A stretch of DNA of 64,000 nucleotides from Lama glama (Eukaryota): positions 1,302,001 through 1,366,000 of the forward strand of contig JAPYYK010000103.1 of assembly GCA_028534125.1 (NCBI GenBank), in the 5' to 3' direction. Shown piece by piece: positions 12,546 through 26,510 of this stretch. Each line of letters starts with the position of its first letter. Within the stretch, counting starts at the first letter, position 1. The notes below the pieces were generated by a model. It ran no database searches and was not told the DNA's origin. It saw only the letters and a program-made list of their open reading frames with translations. Made by a program: the position numbers and the translations under genes.

Positions 12546-14603
12546 ATTAGATTAACCACTACACCACAAGTAATGACTCCACCAGGCAAAAATTCACAAT
12601 GACGGCCCTCAAATGGCCAAGTGTGGCTCCACAGTGACTGCAAATAGATGCTGAGTTGTGCACCTGACAAGTGCAGAAACTCTTTAAGATGTACACATAA
12701 ACAGAGGAGGCCATTCCATAGAGGAATGGGGGAGGAGCCGGGAGAGACAGCAAGAAAAGGACAAAAATCCTGTAAGTACAGGCAGTAGCCAGGATATTTC
12801 AATCTGCTGCTGGGGAGCTGGGGAGCCCACATCCAGGCCTGCCGCTCCTCCACACTTGAGTCATAACTGGGTGCTTCTTCCTGGCAAAACCAATTTTGCC
12901 CACAGCCATCAACATCTTTTCCCCCTTTGAAAGCACTCAGGAAGAACTGAGAGAGAAAGGTAAATTGCACTCCCTCTGGAAGCCTTAATAAGTTCCTGGT
13001 AAATTAGCCAGCACTCTTCTCTCTGAGTGATCTCAAGAGATTCTTAACCTCCTACTGGAAAAAATTATGCTTTTATTATTTCTTTTTCTTTAACCTTCTG
13101 TCTTCACTGTGCTCTTTGTATTAGCTTTCTCTCATCACCATTTGGTTACTCTGAATGCTTTGTAGTGATCTCTGCTGTCTTCCCTCTTAGCTTAACATCT
13201 GTGCCTGTCCTCTCGCACCTTTTCTCCTCTTACCTGTGAGATACTGTGTATTCAGGGTGTTTTATTTTTCTCCCTGTCCTTTATTTTCTGGCTCATCCAC
13301 ATCATCCTTTTCTCCACTCAAGGCCTGCTCATTTCCTGGTGACAGTTGCTGTCAATCCCGGAGATATTTAGTATTCTAGTCCCCAAACAAGCACACACAG
13401 CCCCAAGTAAGCAAAGAAGAGACTGCTCCATCGCAGTCATCAGACTGCAGGCCGTTTTACCGATGAAGATCTAAGCCCATGTAGTCACCTACAAGCTATG
13501 GTATTTTGTCCTGCAAAAGTTATTCTAAGTCGTTGACTAGGATGGCTATGGAAGGAGAAACACACTAGCAGCCAGGGACCTAGTAGAATGGGAGGTGGGT
13601 GCCTAGAGAAAAACCATCAAAAGAAGATCTGGTCAAGAAGAAGGTCAGGTCAGAAAAAGGAATGTTTAAACGGAAACAATTTAGCCCCTGAGGCCAGAGG
13701 TATTCTCTTAATTTCTCCAGGGAAGAAAAAAGTGGTTTTATTAAAGATTCATCGACGCTGACTCTGTTTTTCCTGACAGGACCAAGAGAAAGCTCAGAGC
13801 AAATCTGTTATACTGCAGTGAAACATCCCCACCCGAGGAAATACGGCACGTTTCCTGTAGCGGCCAGCATTCATCTCCATCTATCACGAGAGCAGCACGG
13901 CTACTCACTAGAAACAAATGTTCTAGATACAGTGTGTCAAACACTGAATGATGGAAACCCCTGAGAAACCACAGGGAGTATGCTGGAAGCAAACAGACCA
14001 GAATGTTGAAAAGACTTCTGACCATTTTCCACAGATGAGCGTAACTTGGAACCAACCTGAAATAATGCATTTGACCTTCATAAAAGGGTAATGGATGGGC
14101 ATTTAACATGAGGCCAGGCAGACCTCAGAGAACTCGAGTTTTAATGAGGACAGATGATGAGACAAAAATAAATAAACAAAGAGGTGGATAACTCAATAAA
14201 AAAGATCTGCTCCCCCAAAGAAGGTTAAGCAGATAGTCTATGAGGCATATTTGAAGAATGATCAGCCTCTGCTACAGGCTTTCTTCCATTTTTGAGAACT
14301 TCTCTCCACTTGGCCATAGAGGCAACCTACCTTCTGAGACCCACTCAGTGGTGTAAGAAACATGCAGTTTCCAGATCAATCTTACTTCATAATATTTTGA
14401 GACTAACTCAGGCTCTCTCTACCTTGATTAACTTCATTTGCTGAATAGAAATAACACCAAATGACAGAGTTCTATTGTTCCCTGTTTGGGAAAGAAATAC
14501 CACCTGACATCAACTAGAGGACGTTGTCTTAATTTAGAAAAGGTTTATCTGGGGATCTGCTTATCACCAGTCTACCTACTTGACAGCTAGCTAGCTACCT
14601 GTA

Positions 14604-14694
14604 CTTCTTCTTTTTTTTTTTCATTTTGTTTTTTATTGAAGTGTAGTTGGTTTACAATGTTAGTTTTATGTATATAGCAAAGCAATTCAGCTAT
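14604..14694 (-). mobile_element. Truncated L1 3' tip with TSD
   Basis: T-rich tail plus TTTATTGAAGTGTAGTTGGTTTACAATGTTAG; flanked by direct repeat TACCTGTA (14596-14603 and 14695-14702). Confidence 0.7.
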
Positions 14695-15244
14695 TACCTG
14701 TATATTTTTAAAACACAAATATGGCTATTAAAACTCTGAATTATAATGTCAACATCGCATAAACTTCATCCTTATACAGAGATAACTGAGTTGTTTCTTT
14801 TTAGATCAGCAATTCATGATTAATATTTAATGTATCAGATGCTTATTATATGTGATAGACACAACATCTTACAAATGAGGAATAACAAAATATGTGATGT
14901 TAATTATGCAAGAACCTTCTTTCCAACAACAACAACAAAATACTTAGTGCTACTTAAAGCTGCTTGAAATAAAAGTGAATTACTAGTTAATCTGACATGT
15001 TCTGAGAAACCAGGCACATTCTGAATGTCTTCTCTTTTTTTAACGTTAGTGTTAGAGAGACACAGATATGATTCAGTAAAAGTCAACTAGGTACCTAACA
15101 TACTGTGCTAAAATTGAAGACTGTGGCTTGATTAGTTTTTTTAATCTACGAATGTTATCATAGGTGCTTTGACTTATGTAAAATAGTATGAGGTACATGG
15201 TTATTTCAGGAGTAATTCCATGTACAGAAATGGAATGACTTAGA

Positions 15245-15425
15245 TCAGTGTTTTTTGGTTTTTTTCCAACTGTGTTCTGTGTTGCCCAAGAGTCCCACAG
15301 GGCTCCCCAGGGCCACACTGGGGTGACGAGGGAGTCTGCTAGTGGGCACTGTTCCTGAACTCTGTCCCTGTTTCAAACAGAGCACTTTGCACTTACTATT
15401 CTACAGCTTGTTTGAAAGCCAGGGG
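15245..15425. mobile_element. Old hAT-Charlie-type MER remnant
   Basis: TAGATCAGTGTTTT...CCAACTGTGTTC start and TTTGAAAGCCAG end resemble Charlie TIRs; subfamily not assigned. Confidence 0.35.
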
Positions 15426-16444
15426 CTTGGAGGACTGTCGAAAAATCACCCAGAGGGTGGTAAAATGTAGATGCAGTATGCTTTCTTGGATTTGATTTGA
15501 TTTCTGAATGCTCAAGAAAAGAAAGGAACAATGCTTGATGGAATGAAATAGTATAGACACTCAGCTGTTTCCAGGAAGGATCAAAGGAGATGATTTCTCC
15601 CTTTAGCCGTCACTGCCCAGGTTAAGTGCAGGAAAGGAAGCAGCCGTTTGCTGAAAAAGTCACTTCTACTGAAGTCTGGGAATGCCACTTGCACTGTCTC
15701 TGAGTTCATGTGTTGTATTTCTTTATGAATGAAACATATGCTATTTTTTCAAAAGATTAGAGGCAAATGCATGATCTTGTGTACAAAGGGCCAGATAAAA
15801 GAGTGAGGGAGGAAAGAGCAAGTTTTGCCTGCCCGTCAAGGGAAATGTCATGCGCCCCTTTTGATGTATTATACAATACACTAGCTCCCCTTGGCCTCGG
15901 CAGATAATGTCGAGTGAGTGCTATGCAAAGTCGTACCATTTTAAATATTAATCATGCACTTCTTGGCTAGAAAAGATAAAATTATACACTATGGCCTAGA
16001 AATGACTATAACCTACAGGGATATTTTTTTTTTTTACTATCCTTGTTTATTCACTTGAAATAATTAATTTTATAATTAAAGAAAATAAATGAATCAAAGC
16101 TAGTGTCACACTGACTTTTTCTTTTCAAGTTTCAGCCTAGGAGTCCAAACCCCAACCTACGTTCAATTAAAATCCTTATCTATGTGTTGGACACTGACTG
16201 AACCCCAAGACCCTGGCTCGGCATGTTTGAGATAATAGCTGATCAAGGCACTTTATCCCATCTAGGATGCTGTGTTCTAAAAGGAGAGCTAGACAGGGTC
16301 AAAAAGCAAGTATAATTAGAAGAGAAAAGTGCTAGAAAAAACAGGCAAATGCCTGGGAGATTGGGGGAGTGAGAAAATCTCAGTGGAATTGATTTGATTT
16401 TATGGGATAGGTGAAATTTGGGGTTGACTTTAAAGGTCTAATGA

Positions 16445-16575
16445 TCTTAGCTATTCATTCGCCAGTTGAATGCAACCTTCGGCAAGACACTAATCTTTCA
16501 GCATTCAGTTTCCCTATTTGTTAAATGCAAAAGCAGAATCTGAAAACTTCCAACATTTTTAAGGCTCTGATTTAA
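16445..16575 (+). mobile_element. MIR/MIR3 fragment
   Basis: AACCTTCGGCAAGACACTAATCTTTCAGCATTCAGTTTCCCTATTTGTTAAATG is the MIR core. Confidence 0.55.
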
Positions 16576-19538
16576 TGATTCCATAATTTTTCTTAAGAGG
16601 AGTTGGTGGACACTATCAGCCACACTTCTTCCCTGTCCCCAAAAGTCACATACATGATACAGACCACCCAAGCAAATGACAAGAGGTATTAAGCATGCCC
16701 AGGATACAAAGAGAAGAAGCAAGGACTCAATAATCATACACTTATCGAGAAAGAACCACATACAGTAGAGTAATTAAAACCTAAACATCTGGAGAAAATG
16801 CAAACAGTGTTTAATGTTGACAGGTACCAAGAGACCCACAAAAATGATCAATGTGTTCTGAGGAGCCAGGATCCTATTTATAGGATGAAAGTCTTGGAAG
16901 GCTCTCTCAGTAGGAACAATATTAATTAGGTGGTGATAACACTGAAAGGAGAAGGAACTGGGGTATGAGGGGGACACAGGAAATATAAAGAACAAATAAC
17001 ATCTAGGTTTTTTTCTTCGCTAGGAGCACAGCGTATAGAGAGTACACGGATAGAACAACTAAATGAATTGGCTGTTCAGAGTTCAAAAAAAACAAAACAC
17101 TCTTTTTCTTCTTCTCTCCTCCAATGAATTCCACTTGGGATTTTGTATTCTTTAATCCTTGAAGATGTTGTACAAGACCACGTGAAGGGAGAAGAGCTAA
17201 GGTTAGTTGGGGGTGATGGGAATGCGCGCTGATAGATACATGCAGAGTATAAAGAAGTTTTCTCTTCAGTCAGAAAACAAACACACTCGGTGAGAATTTA
17301 AGAGTAAGACTGAGATTTCAGCATTGATTTTTTTTCTTTGATACATTTGTATTTGTTCTTCCCATCACTCTCTGCATCCCAGATGTTCATTTCAGGTGCA
17401 AGTTAAATCATCTTTTCTCATTGAAGATTATATGTATGTAGCCAATAAACTACTGCAGAAACCTACAAGCCTTGGGATTTATCATGACCCAGAGGTGGGG
17501 GAGAGCTTTTTCTTGGAGCCATAGCCATAGTGACGGATAGCCTGCCTCTCCTCAGGCACTAGGATCCATTCATCCTTGCTCTTTTGAGCCTACCTCACAT
17601 ATCAGAGGCCAGGTGTAGTATTCCTTCAAAAAAGAGTATATTGAACTACTGTAATACCTGGGAGCCAGCTTTCTATGTCTCTTAGTTAGTCAAAATTTCC
17701 TAGACTGACCTATGATGAGATTACAGTTTTTACTGTAACAGATGTCTTCAAGGAAAGCGGCTGTAATTTACAGCAGGCTTGCAGAGCAACAGCCAATGGA
17801 TGATCATCAATTTAAACTGTAAATAAGGGCCTGTTTTGTTCTGGACTCTGATCCCAGTAGTGCCCCTAACAAGCTGCCCGCAAAGCCAGGGCATGATGCC
17901 CGCTGTTGGAGACGTGTTGACTGAGGAACTGTGCTTGTCCTCGCAAGCCACTAAAAATAGCAAGAACGCAAAGGCAAAACAGGTTTCTGGGAATGCAAGA
18001 CAGTTACCCTGATGTCAGTTTTATTCCAGTTGCTCTCACTGATGTGAAAAGGAGAGAGAAGTATCTGGTACCAAAGATGTTAACTTGCCAGACAGCACCC
18101 CAGAGACCAAAAAGAATTAATACAACCCTTTAAAGGAGTCCGCCTTTTCACCGGAGGACGCAGAAGTCCTAGGAGAACTGGAGCAAACGTGAATGCCTTT
18201 GTCCTGCATAATTAATGGAGCCTCAGAAATTTTTTCTCTTCTTCTTCCTTCTTTTTGTAACATAAACTCTCATTGATTGGGGAAAATATATTCACACATT
18301 AAAATGTTGGGCAGGTACTATCTCTTTGGTTCAAGTATGTCCCTTTGCGGGGGGGAAGTACATATTTCATGGTGATAAATTCAGCTCATAAGTAGAAAAA
18401 CTGAACACAAATATACTGCTATGTCAACTTTATTGATTTTCGCAGCATTGTAAAGACCTTCATCGTCCTCCAATATTTCTTAAATCTATCAGCATCTCAG
18501 AAAGTGACCCTGAAGGCCTCATTTATCTGTGGAGGAAAAGATCCCTTCTCTTAGGTTCACCCATAAACACTGTGATTTAAACAGCTCACACCTGCCTCTG
18601 TTTCTGGAAAGTAGCCTGTGCAGACAAAGCTGTTCTTACGAGTCATGGGTAATGGCTTCCTTTTCTCTGGAAAAAGGATCAGCCAAGTCTTAATTTCAGC
18701 CACGTGTCCATGGCCAAATGTCCTTTTTTAAAGTCCTGAAGATAACTATAGATTAAGTATGCAGCTTGGTTGATACTGATGCACTGATTGACATGAGTGA
18801 ATTCGAGGGTAGGGCTCTTTTCTGTATCATGTGTAAGCATTGCTTCCAGTGTTGGGTGCTACATCTGGACTTGAGAGTCTCACTCTTCAAGTCCTGCTCC
18901 TGCTAAGAATCTTGAAGTCTCCTTCAAGGTGTCACCACTACATATTCTGCTGCTACAGAAAAACCTATGCTCACTTCAATATTTGACATCTTATTTTTAA
19001 AAATCATATTCCTTTCTAATGGCATCAATGAAACAGAGACTATCACTAGATGAGAACAATTTGAAGGTGTCTTCCGGCTACAAATTCCTTTGTTTTTGTC
19101 TATCTCACCTTACAAATGGGAAAATGTAAATGACTCACCCAAAGTCACCTGCAAGGTGGAAGCAGAGTCAGAGATTTCTCAATCACAAAAATTCAGAGTG
19201 CTTTTCCCACCAGAAAAGGGATCCTTGAGGGTGGAAAGCTGCTTATTTCTTTTTACACCCTCTGGTGCCTACAGTTTGTTGATTGTTAAATAAAATTTAC
19301 TAAAAATGTGAACTAGAGGAAAAATCAATAGGGATTACAAGAATCGATCCAAAGCCAACAAACATAACTAAATCTCATTATAAAAATAAAGGATGTAAGT
19401 TCAGCTCCTCAACTTAGGGCTGTATACAACAGATCAAAATTGTGTAGATCTAATTGTTGACGGACCGTAATCAGCCTAAGGAGAAGACAGTAACGCTAAA
19501 GGGTAAATCACTAAATCTGTGAGGTTGACATTATTGAA

Positions 19539-19744
19539 CTGTGCTGTCCAATCCTGCGGCCACCAGCCTCATGTGGCTATTTACATTCAAATTAATTAAA
19601 ATTAAATGAAATGTAAAATTCAGTTTGTCACTCACACTAGCTATATCTCAAGTACTCAATAGCCCTCAGTGGTTAGTGTCCACAGTACTGGACAGCGTAG
19701 AGGACCATTTCTATCAGTGAGGAAAGTTCCACTGAAGACTGCTA
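19539..19744 (+). mobile_element. MER3 (hAT-Charlie non-autonomous DNA transposon)
   Basis: CTGTGCTGTCCAAT...CATGTGGCTATTTACATTCAAATTAATTAAAATTAAA...CTCAATAGCC...TGGACAGCG...GAAAGTTC follows the MER3 consensus over ~200 bp, with its internal palindrome. Confidence 0.8.
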
Positions 19745-19839
19745 TTTATACAGGATAATCACTACTATTACTTATAGTAATTACATGAAGGAGGAGGAGA
19801 AGGAAGATGAGAAAAGGAGAATAAAGTGGAGAGAAAAAC

Positions 19840-20053
19840 ATTGATTAAGACTTACCTATTCTGTGCTAAACACTTAAAATGCCTTAGTTCCTATAATCCT
19901 AACAAATTCCCTTATGAGGTAGGTACTACAATTATTCCCATTTAAATTTGATGACACTGTGCTTCGAGAGATTAAGTAAGTCACCATAGTTATGCACTTG
20001 TTAATTGGTTTAGCTGGGTTTTCACTCAAGCCATCTGACTCCAGAGTCCATGC
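19840..20053 (-). mobile_element. MIR SINE, near full length
   Basis: CCTTATGAGGTAGGTACT...ATTCCCATTT...GAGAGATTAAGTAAGTCACC...TCTGACTCCAGAGTCCATGC is antisense MIR. Confidence 0.75.
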
Positions 20054-20128
20054 ACAGCTGGGAAATTATGCCACTTCTACTGAAGAACTTGAGATGTTTA
20101 GGGCCAGAAGAAACATGACACTCTACAT

Positions 20129-20290
20129 CAGTGGTTCTTAACCCCAGATACATACCAGAAGCACGTGGGAGCCTACTCCAGATATAGCTCCCTGAACCCT
20201 ACACCAGAGCAACAGGGGTGGGCCTGAGGCTTGCCCACTGGAGGACAATTAGTGCTTTGAATATACAGCCAGAGTTGAGGATAACTGGTT
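20129..20290. mobile_element. MER5A-like MITE
   Basis: Starts CAGTGGTTCTTAACC, ends GAGTTGAGGATAACTG, with internal GGGGTGGGCCTGAG. Confidence 0.55.
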
Positions 20291-20674
20291 AGCGATGTAC
20301 TAATCCACCTTCCACAGGCCAGACAAGAAAATGCAGAACCTACCCACGGTCACTAACCGTACCTACTGACAGATCTAAAACAAGAGCCCGGATGTCAGTG
20401 TTACCATCATATGAGAATATGGCTTAGGACACATTAATGAACAGCACTTTTCTATTTCCTGATGGATATCATTATCCATTTATATAAGGCATATATAATG
20501 CTTACAGAGTATATGTCAGAATCCAGAATTTGATAGTGCAGATCTTTGAAACCAATAATGAATATAGCACTACTCTCCTCCTGAGACAGGTCTTTCTCAT
20601 TTAACAGCAAACATTTTCTTCCTAAGAAAGTACCATCTTTCTCTGAAGATTAGATAAACCCTCTGCATAGGAGG

Positions 20675-20845
20675 AGTATAATGTAGTGGAAACAGAATGC
20701 CTGCCAATAAGGAACCTGAATTCTAGTCCCAACTGTGTCCGTAACTCTGTGATGGAGACAAGCCATTTCTTTTCTTTGAACCTTAGCGTTCTTATTTGTA
20801 AAATTAGGGTGTGGTACATCATGATCTCCAAGGTTCCTTCCAGCA
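20675..20845 (+). mobile_element. MIR3-like SINE
   Basis: GTATAATGTAGTGGAAACAG...ACCTGAATTCTAGTCCC...TTTGTAAAAT...ATGATCTCCAAGGTTCCTTCCAGC, the MIR3 3' signature. Confidence 0.65.
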
Positions 20846-22894
20846 GTGTCTCCACCCCTGACATCTGTGTGCAGGCTGAACAAATTTTAGAAATGAAACC
20901 TCCAACCTGCTGTAGGACAAGGCATTCACTTCAATTCTAGCCAATCTATTTATTCCATGTCAAGGGAAAACAGAGGGACATCTTACGAAAACCCCACCTT
21001 TTGTTTTATCAAGACTCTGATTCTTGTCACTGATCGGTCAGACCCCTTACAAGAGTCCAAACATCCAATAACAAGACTCATTCCCTGTAGTGCCTTGTGG
21101 AAATGCTAATGATATATCTACCCGGCTCCCTCCTACATTCACAGCTGCTGATCTGAAAATTACGATGTGTCAGACATTTTACCACCTTAACATCCATCAA
21201 CTCATCTCTACATCTCTTAAAGCTTACCTGTAATGGATTTTTAGGTGGCTCAGAGAGCCAGCCAAGACAGAAGTCACACCATGAATAAATAGCATGCTGA
21301 AAATGCATTCCTTACCTTACGCTTGTTGGTAGGACACACGTAGAGGTAGCTTAAAATTGTTTTCAACCCAACTTTATCATTCAGCTTCTCATAGGTTGTC
21401 CCATAATCAGTTGACCTATAATTCAAAAGGAGCATTAATGAGGACAGATGTATACGTCATTTGCCTGCTTGTCAGTATAATGTATGTTTTACATAGTAGG
21501 ATAGCCCTCCAGAGGTTTCTAAATGATTCATGTAGTATATAATGATGCTTAATTATGTACACAGCAGCATCATGTGAGTGGTTAACATTTGCATTTAAAT
21601 TGAATTGGTAAAAATTAAAACTCCATCTCTCCACTGCTCCTTAACGTACGTGCATTGCATAAAGAATGTGTTTAATTTTAAGATTAAGAATGAGGGTGTC
21701 GCTTAAATTGGCCAAAGAAATAATGAGCTTTTACTTAGATTTGACATTTCCAAACTTCTGCTTTATCCTTGGCACAGTGGAAAAGCAGGTTCTCCTGATT
21801 TATGTACAAACTGTTTTTTGTTTCATGAGTCATAGAATATATGGCAGGTCAGTCCCTCCAAAGGTCATTCTGTCTTTTCCCATTATTTAAGAATAAGAAA
21901 ATGTCTTAATAATAAGTGAAATTTCACAATTCTACTCAGTGGCCTTTTCCAGTGTTAAGCAATCTGAGGCTGAGAGTATATTACTTCTTGGCAGTGACCC
22001 TGCAATTTTTTTGGAAATTCTCTCATCTTTTCTTAACATTGGTCAAGAACTTATTATTCAGACTGAATAAATAGGCCCTAATCACCTTCTCCATGTAAGT
22101 CTATTATCTATTTCAGATGATCAATCTTATTAGATCATCATTACAACCATGTACAGTAGGAAATACTATCTGTATTTGAAGAAAGTGGATGAGAGAACCC
22201 AAACATATAACTGGCTTTCTTCAGGACCAGTCTGTGCTCTAGCCCAAACACTGGCTGATAGCCAAGAATATTTGAAGAACATCCCAAAACTCTTTGACAG
22301 AAGATCTTATTTATGAAGCACAAAAGGCTTTAAATTCTCCTTCCACATTCATCTTTTTTTCTCCTTAAACTCATGTTGATGTGAAATTTCCTCCTACTTT
22401 CTAAGAAATATCTGAGACTTCTTTCTTTACTCAGTCCAATCTTGGTGTTTGATCATTTGTTTTTTCCATTTTACCCTGGCCTTACTGGGTCAACGTTCTC
22501 TTCTAAGACTTGCTTATCTCCAAAATTTCACTAGCTCCTTTTATTGGATAACTTTTTCTGTTTAGTATTTGGAACAATACAAGTTCAAGAACAACAACAA
22601 AAAATAGATACAAAATCTATGCGGCGGTGATGGGAAGAAGATGAAATGTGCAAATATTTGTACATTAATAAATTTGCCTGGTGATAGGTGGAAATCAGTA
22701 GGACTATGTTGGAGATGACAGAATGGTTTAGTTTTCCAGTGGGGTAATGGGAAAGGAGGCTAGAGAAGTAGGGTTAATCCATAAGGACATAATAATTAGT
22801 TTCTTATGATTTCTATTAACTTGATCCTTGAGCTACTCAATGAATATTTTTACATTCAAAAAAACATATGACAAGGGCAAACCCTATATTTATA

Positions 22895-22898
<4 letters not shown>

Positions 22899-22924
<26 letters not shown>
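22899..22924. repeat. (TG)13 microsatellite
   Basis: Directly visible. Confidence 0.95.
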
Positions 22925-22925
<1 letters not shown>

Positions 22926-23329
22926 ATTTAACTGAAATCCCGATGTGGCAAGATGGTAATGGAGTGACTAGTTCAGACTGACATTAACAACTTTTTTTTC
23001 CAGAGAGCTTACAATATGTTATTGGGTACTTTTCTCTTATAAAAATCACCAATACAGATCCTTCAAAGTATCCGTCATTACTTTATGTGCTATTTTTTGT
23101 CCCTTTATTTCTTAAAGCTCAAAAAGTGAATTACAATTTGTCAATTCTCCATTCCAACAAAACTACATGTTTAAATGTTATGCCATTATAATAATCAATA
23201 GGTAGAATGAGAAAAAAAAAAAAGGATGCACTTCCAACACCCAAAATGGCATAGACTAGCAATTGTCCATGGTTGTCCCACAGAACCAGAATTAGACAGA
23301 GTGCTGACCCGTGTCATGGGTAAAACCAA

Positions 23330-23843
23330 CAATCAGCTTTGATACACTGGTACAATGATACAGGAGTGAACCTACTCAACACTTCCAAGCCAGCTGGTAA
23401 ACAGGGCTGCACCAAGCTCTCCGAGTAGCTACTTCCATCAGCCTCACCACCATGGCCTCTCCTTGGAGAACTCCCAGATCTCCTCACAGTCCCAGCAACC
23501 AAAAGCTTGAGGGCTGGCACATCAGAGGTCCTCAAGAAACTTGTTCCAGCACCTGTTCTGACTGGTCACTTCCTATGCCAATCAGGCTACACCTGAGCCC
23601 CCGTGGAGGAGGCAGTGACCTTGGTGGAGGCACTGAACCCTGGAAGGCAACTCCTGGTGCCCATCTGCAAACTCCCCTTCACAGCTAACATATTGTCCTA
23701 GTTATGCCTGCATGGCCAAATGTGGGAAATTCAGTCTCCCTGGGATGTGGGCTCTGAAAGAGCAAAGGAGGGACAGATAGCAGAGCAGCAGGCTGGCTTT
23801 TGAGCCAGTGAACTAGCTGTTAAATATTTTAAGTATCATCCTT
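23330..23843. mobile_element. Possible Arthur1-like (hAT-Tip100) DNA transposon remnant
   Basis: Right end CTGTTAAATATTTTAAGTATCATCCT resembles the Arthur1 TIR as recalled; left boundary uncertain. Confidence 0.3.
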
Positions 23844-23859
23844 AGATATGGGGGAGAGG

Positions 23860-24110
23860 AGTGTTATTCAAGATCAAAAAAAAAAAAGTTAGGAAATGCT
23901 TGATTAGGCAAAATTTAATGTTCCTTTACTTTAGAACTTATAAATTTTATTATTCTTATATACATATATAAATTTTATTATTCTAATATACACTGTGAAC
24001 CTCTTACATGCATATTTCATGAAGCATTTTCAAAACATATTTGATTATAGGATTCATTCTTGAGAGGTATCTAATGAGATTAGTGTCCTGAACAATATAC
24101 TTTGGAAAAC
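23860..24110. mobile_element. hAT-Charlie (Charlie4/MER112-like) remnant with an internal 26-bp tandem duplication
   Basis: AAGTTAGGAAATGCT...AGCATTTTCAAAACATATTTGA...TAGTGTCCTGAACAATATACTTTGGAAAAC; TATAAATTTTATTATTCTWATATACA duplicated at 23939-23964 and 23967-23992. Confidence 0.45.
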
Positions 24111-25159
24111 CATATCAAAGGCAAAAAAAAAAAGAAAAAAAAAAAGGCTAAAGAAAGATTATGGATCTTGGTTTCATAAGGAAAGGGGAGCAATAAAAAT
24201 ATTTAAAACAAATTAAATTTGCAAAGAGAAAATGCCAGTTTTGCTAACCATAAAGTGACTGCTGTTGCAAAGTCAAAAAAGAGGAAGTAATCTTAAAAAA
24301 TACGTATCATAGAAAGACGTACTTAAGATGCAATATAAGCAGCCTTGAATTTGCAACTGGTACCATTTTTTTAAAACATTCCAAAGCACACATTTTTTTC
24401 AGGTTTTGTTTATAAGTTGACTTATCTACAGAAGAAAAACATAGCTTCTGTCAACATCTAGACTTGGGCTAGACTTAGCTTAAAAACTAAGCATTCCAGG
24501 AAAATAAACAGCAAATGATTAAATCAAGAATTATAGGTTCTTGCTTTTGATCCTTAATCCCTACTCTACTTTTTTACAAACATATCTTAAATATGTTCAG
24601 AACATTTGAAGTATTTCGTTACTTAAGAATTTACTATATACATAGAACAGAGATGAGTTTCTTGGAGGGGTGGAGATACCACATTCAAGGCATGGCACCT
24701 GCCTTCCAAAACCCTGTGATCTCTTTAAGATGACAAAGTCTCCTATCAAACTGAAAGAAGGGACCAACTCAAGGCATGGCTAGTTTCCACAAGGAGTGGC
24801 AGAAATAAAACGTGTGATTGGATTTCCTCTACTATAATCTTATACCATCAAATGAGATAATAAATAAGCACAGAATCATTTGTAAACTAAATTAATCCAT
24901 AAAAAGCACTGAGTACAATGGCTGGTATGTAATAAACAATCTACAAATGACAGCTTTTGTTATTCATTTTATCCCTCATTCTTTTTTCTTGATGATTTTT
25001 TGTATTCTTTGCCCAGCACTTACTCAAACCCATTACATGCACCTTCCAGGAAAATCTCAACCGCTGAAAATGAGTTAGCGTTAGTTTGCTCAGAAACTAA
25101 GACATTCATGAAGCTATTACCATTTTAAAATGTAATCACATTTAGCCTATCATATTTTA

Positions 25160-25344
25160 CTTTTTATTATTTTTTATTGAAGTATAGTCAGTTTACAATG
25201 TTATGTCCATTTCTGGTATATAGCATAATGTTTCAGTCATACATATACATATGTATATTCATTTTCATATTCTTTTTCATTATAGGTTACAATAAGATAT
25301 TGAGTATAGTTCTCTGTGCTATATAGAAGAAACTTATTTATCTA
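25160..25344 (-). mobile_element. Camelid-type L1 3' end, 185 bp, with 17-bp TSD
   Basis: TTTTATTGAAGTATAGTCAGTTTACAATGTT...GAGTATAGTTCTCTGTGCTATATAGAAGAAA; TSD TAGCCTATCATATTTTA (25143-25159) / TAGCCTCTCATATTTTA (25345-25361), 1 mismatch. Confidence 0.85.
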
Positions 25345-25514
25345 TAGCCTCTCATATTTTAAAGGAGATGCGCTAGTCATTTTGTGTGGGGCTTGGATCA
25401 CAGAGGTAAGGCTAAGAATGGGAATTTGACAGTTAAAGATCCTGCACTCTGCTTCTATAACAATTGTCCCAGAAATCCATCGTTGAGTAGACTATTATGC
25501 TTAAGAAACTTACC

Positions 25515-25730
25515 AGATAATAAAAATGAACCTTTATTGAATGCTTACCATGTGACCTCAGCTCATACAGAATCCCATGAGATGGACACTGATATTAGTC
25601 ACATGCAGAGACCAGGAAGACCTAGATAGAAAACCAACCTGCTTAATTAAAGCCACAGAACTTGGAGGTACAGCCCCCAATCAGGCTGCCACTCCAGACT
25701 GGGCATCCCTAACCCCAGGCTGCACTGTTT
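25515..25730 (-). mobile_element. MIR SINE (degraded)
   Basis: TTTATTGAATGCTTACCATGTG...ATCCCATGAGATGGACACTGATATT...AAAGCCACAG. Confidence 0.5.
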
Positions 25731-26289
25731 CTCTCAAAAGCTACAAGAGGAAAAGTAAATGCATTTACAAAATCTAGTTTTGCATTTCTTGGTAAAACTA
25801 ATAGGAACTGAAATCGTTATAAGTTCCTGGTGGTGTAGGCCAAAACCTAGCTTCACTTACTTTGTAAAGACAGGGCCTGCCAGGGAGGATCCATTTGAAG
25901 AAAAGTACAAGCAGAAACTCTCACAGTGATGTAAGTAAGAGGAAGAGAAAGCCAGTCTTGGATCTGGTCCACCCTGGCTCCTGGGGAGGCTAGGCATATG
26001 GACAAAGTGAGTGCGTCAACTTGTTAATGATCTGATGATGTCTCGTGAAGATTACCAAGATGGCACAGTCTCAGAGAAAGAGCAAGTACTTGAAGCCAAA
26101 CAGAACTGGATTCAGGCACTTGCTAACTGTCCTGCTCTCCACCACAAACTTCAGACTTGCTCTAGACAAAGTCACGTTTACTTCTGTATCGAATAGGTTT
26201 GCAATATAATTGTGAGATGCCCATTTCTCAGTTACTCTCCTTTTTCTGCCTCCTCCCCATCCCTGCCCACTCCAGCCTTGTTATTCTCT

Positions 26290-26510
26290 GTCCTTGGAAA
26301 GCTCTTTCCCCAGACACCCTGACAGATGCCCCTCACTTCTTTCCGTACCCCACTAGTGCTGAATGAAATAGTGACTCCTCTCACTCTCCCAGCATGTTCC
26401 ATCCCCCACCAGAATGTAAGCACCTCGAGAAGAGGAAAGATGTCTGTTTTGTATGCTGCTGTCTTCTTCACCCTAAAAAGAGTGCCCCAGACACTTGGGA
26501 AGCCCAACTG
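26290..26510 (+). mobile_element. L2 fragment
   Basis: CCAGAATGTAAGCACCTCGAGAAGAGGAAAG...CCCTAAAAAGAGTGCCCCAGACAC, the L2 3' region pattern. Confidence 0.55.

Noticed and set aside
12479-12970. 163-aa minus-strand ORF
   Set aside because: Non-ATG start, ends inside a MIR, no splice or homology support.
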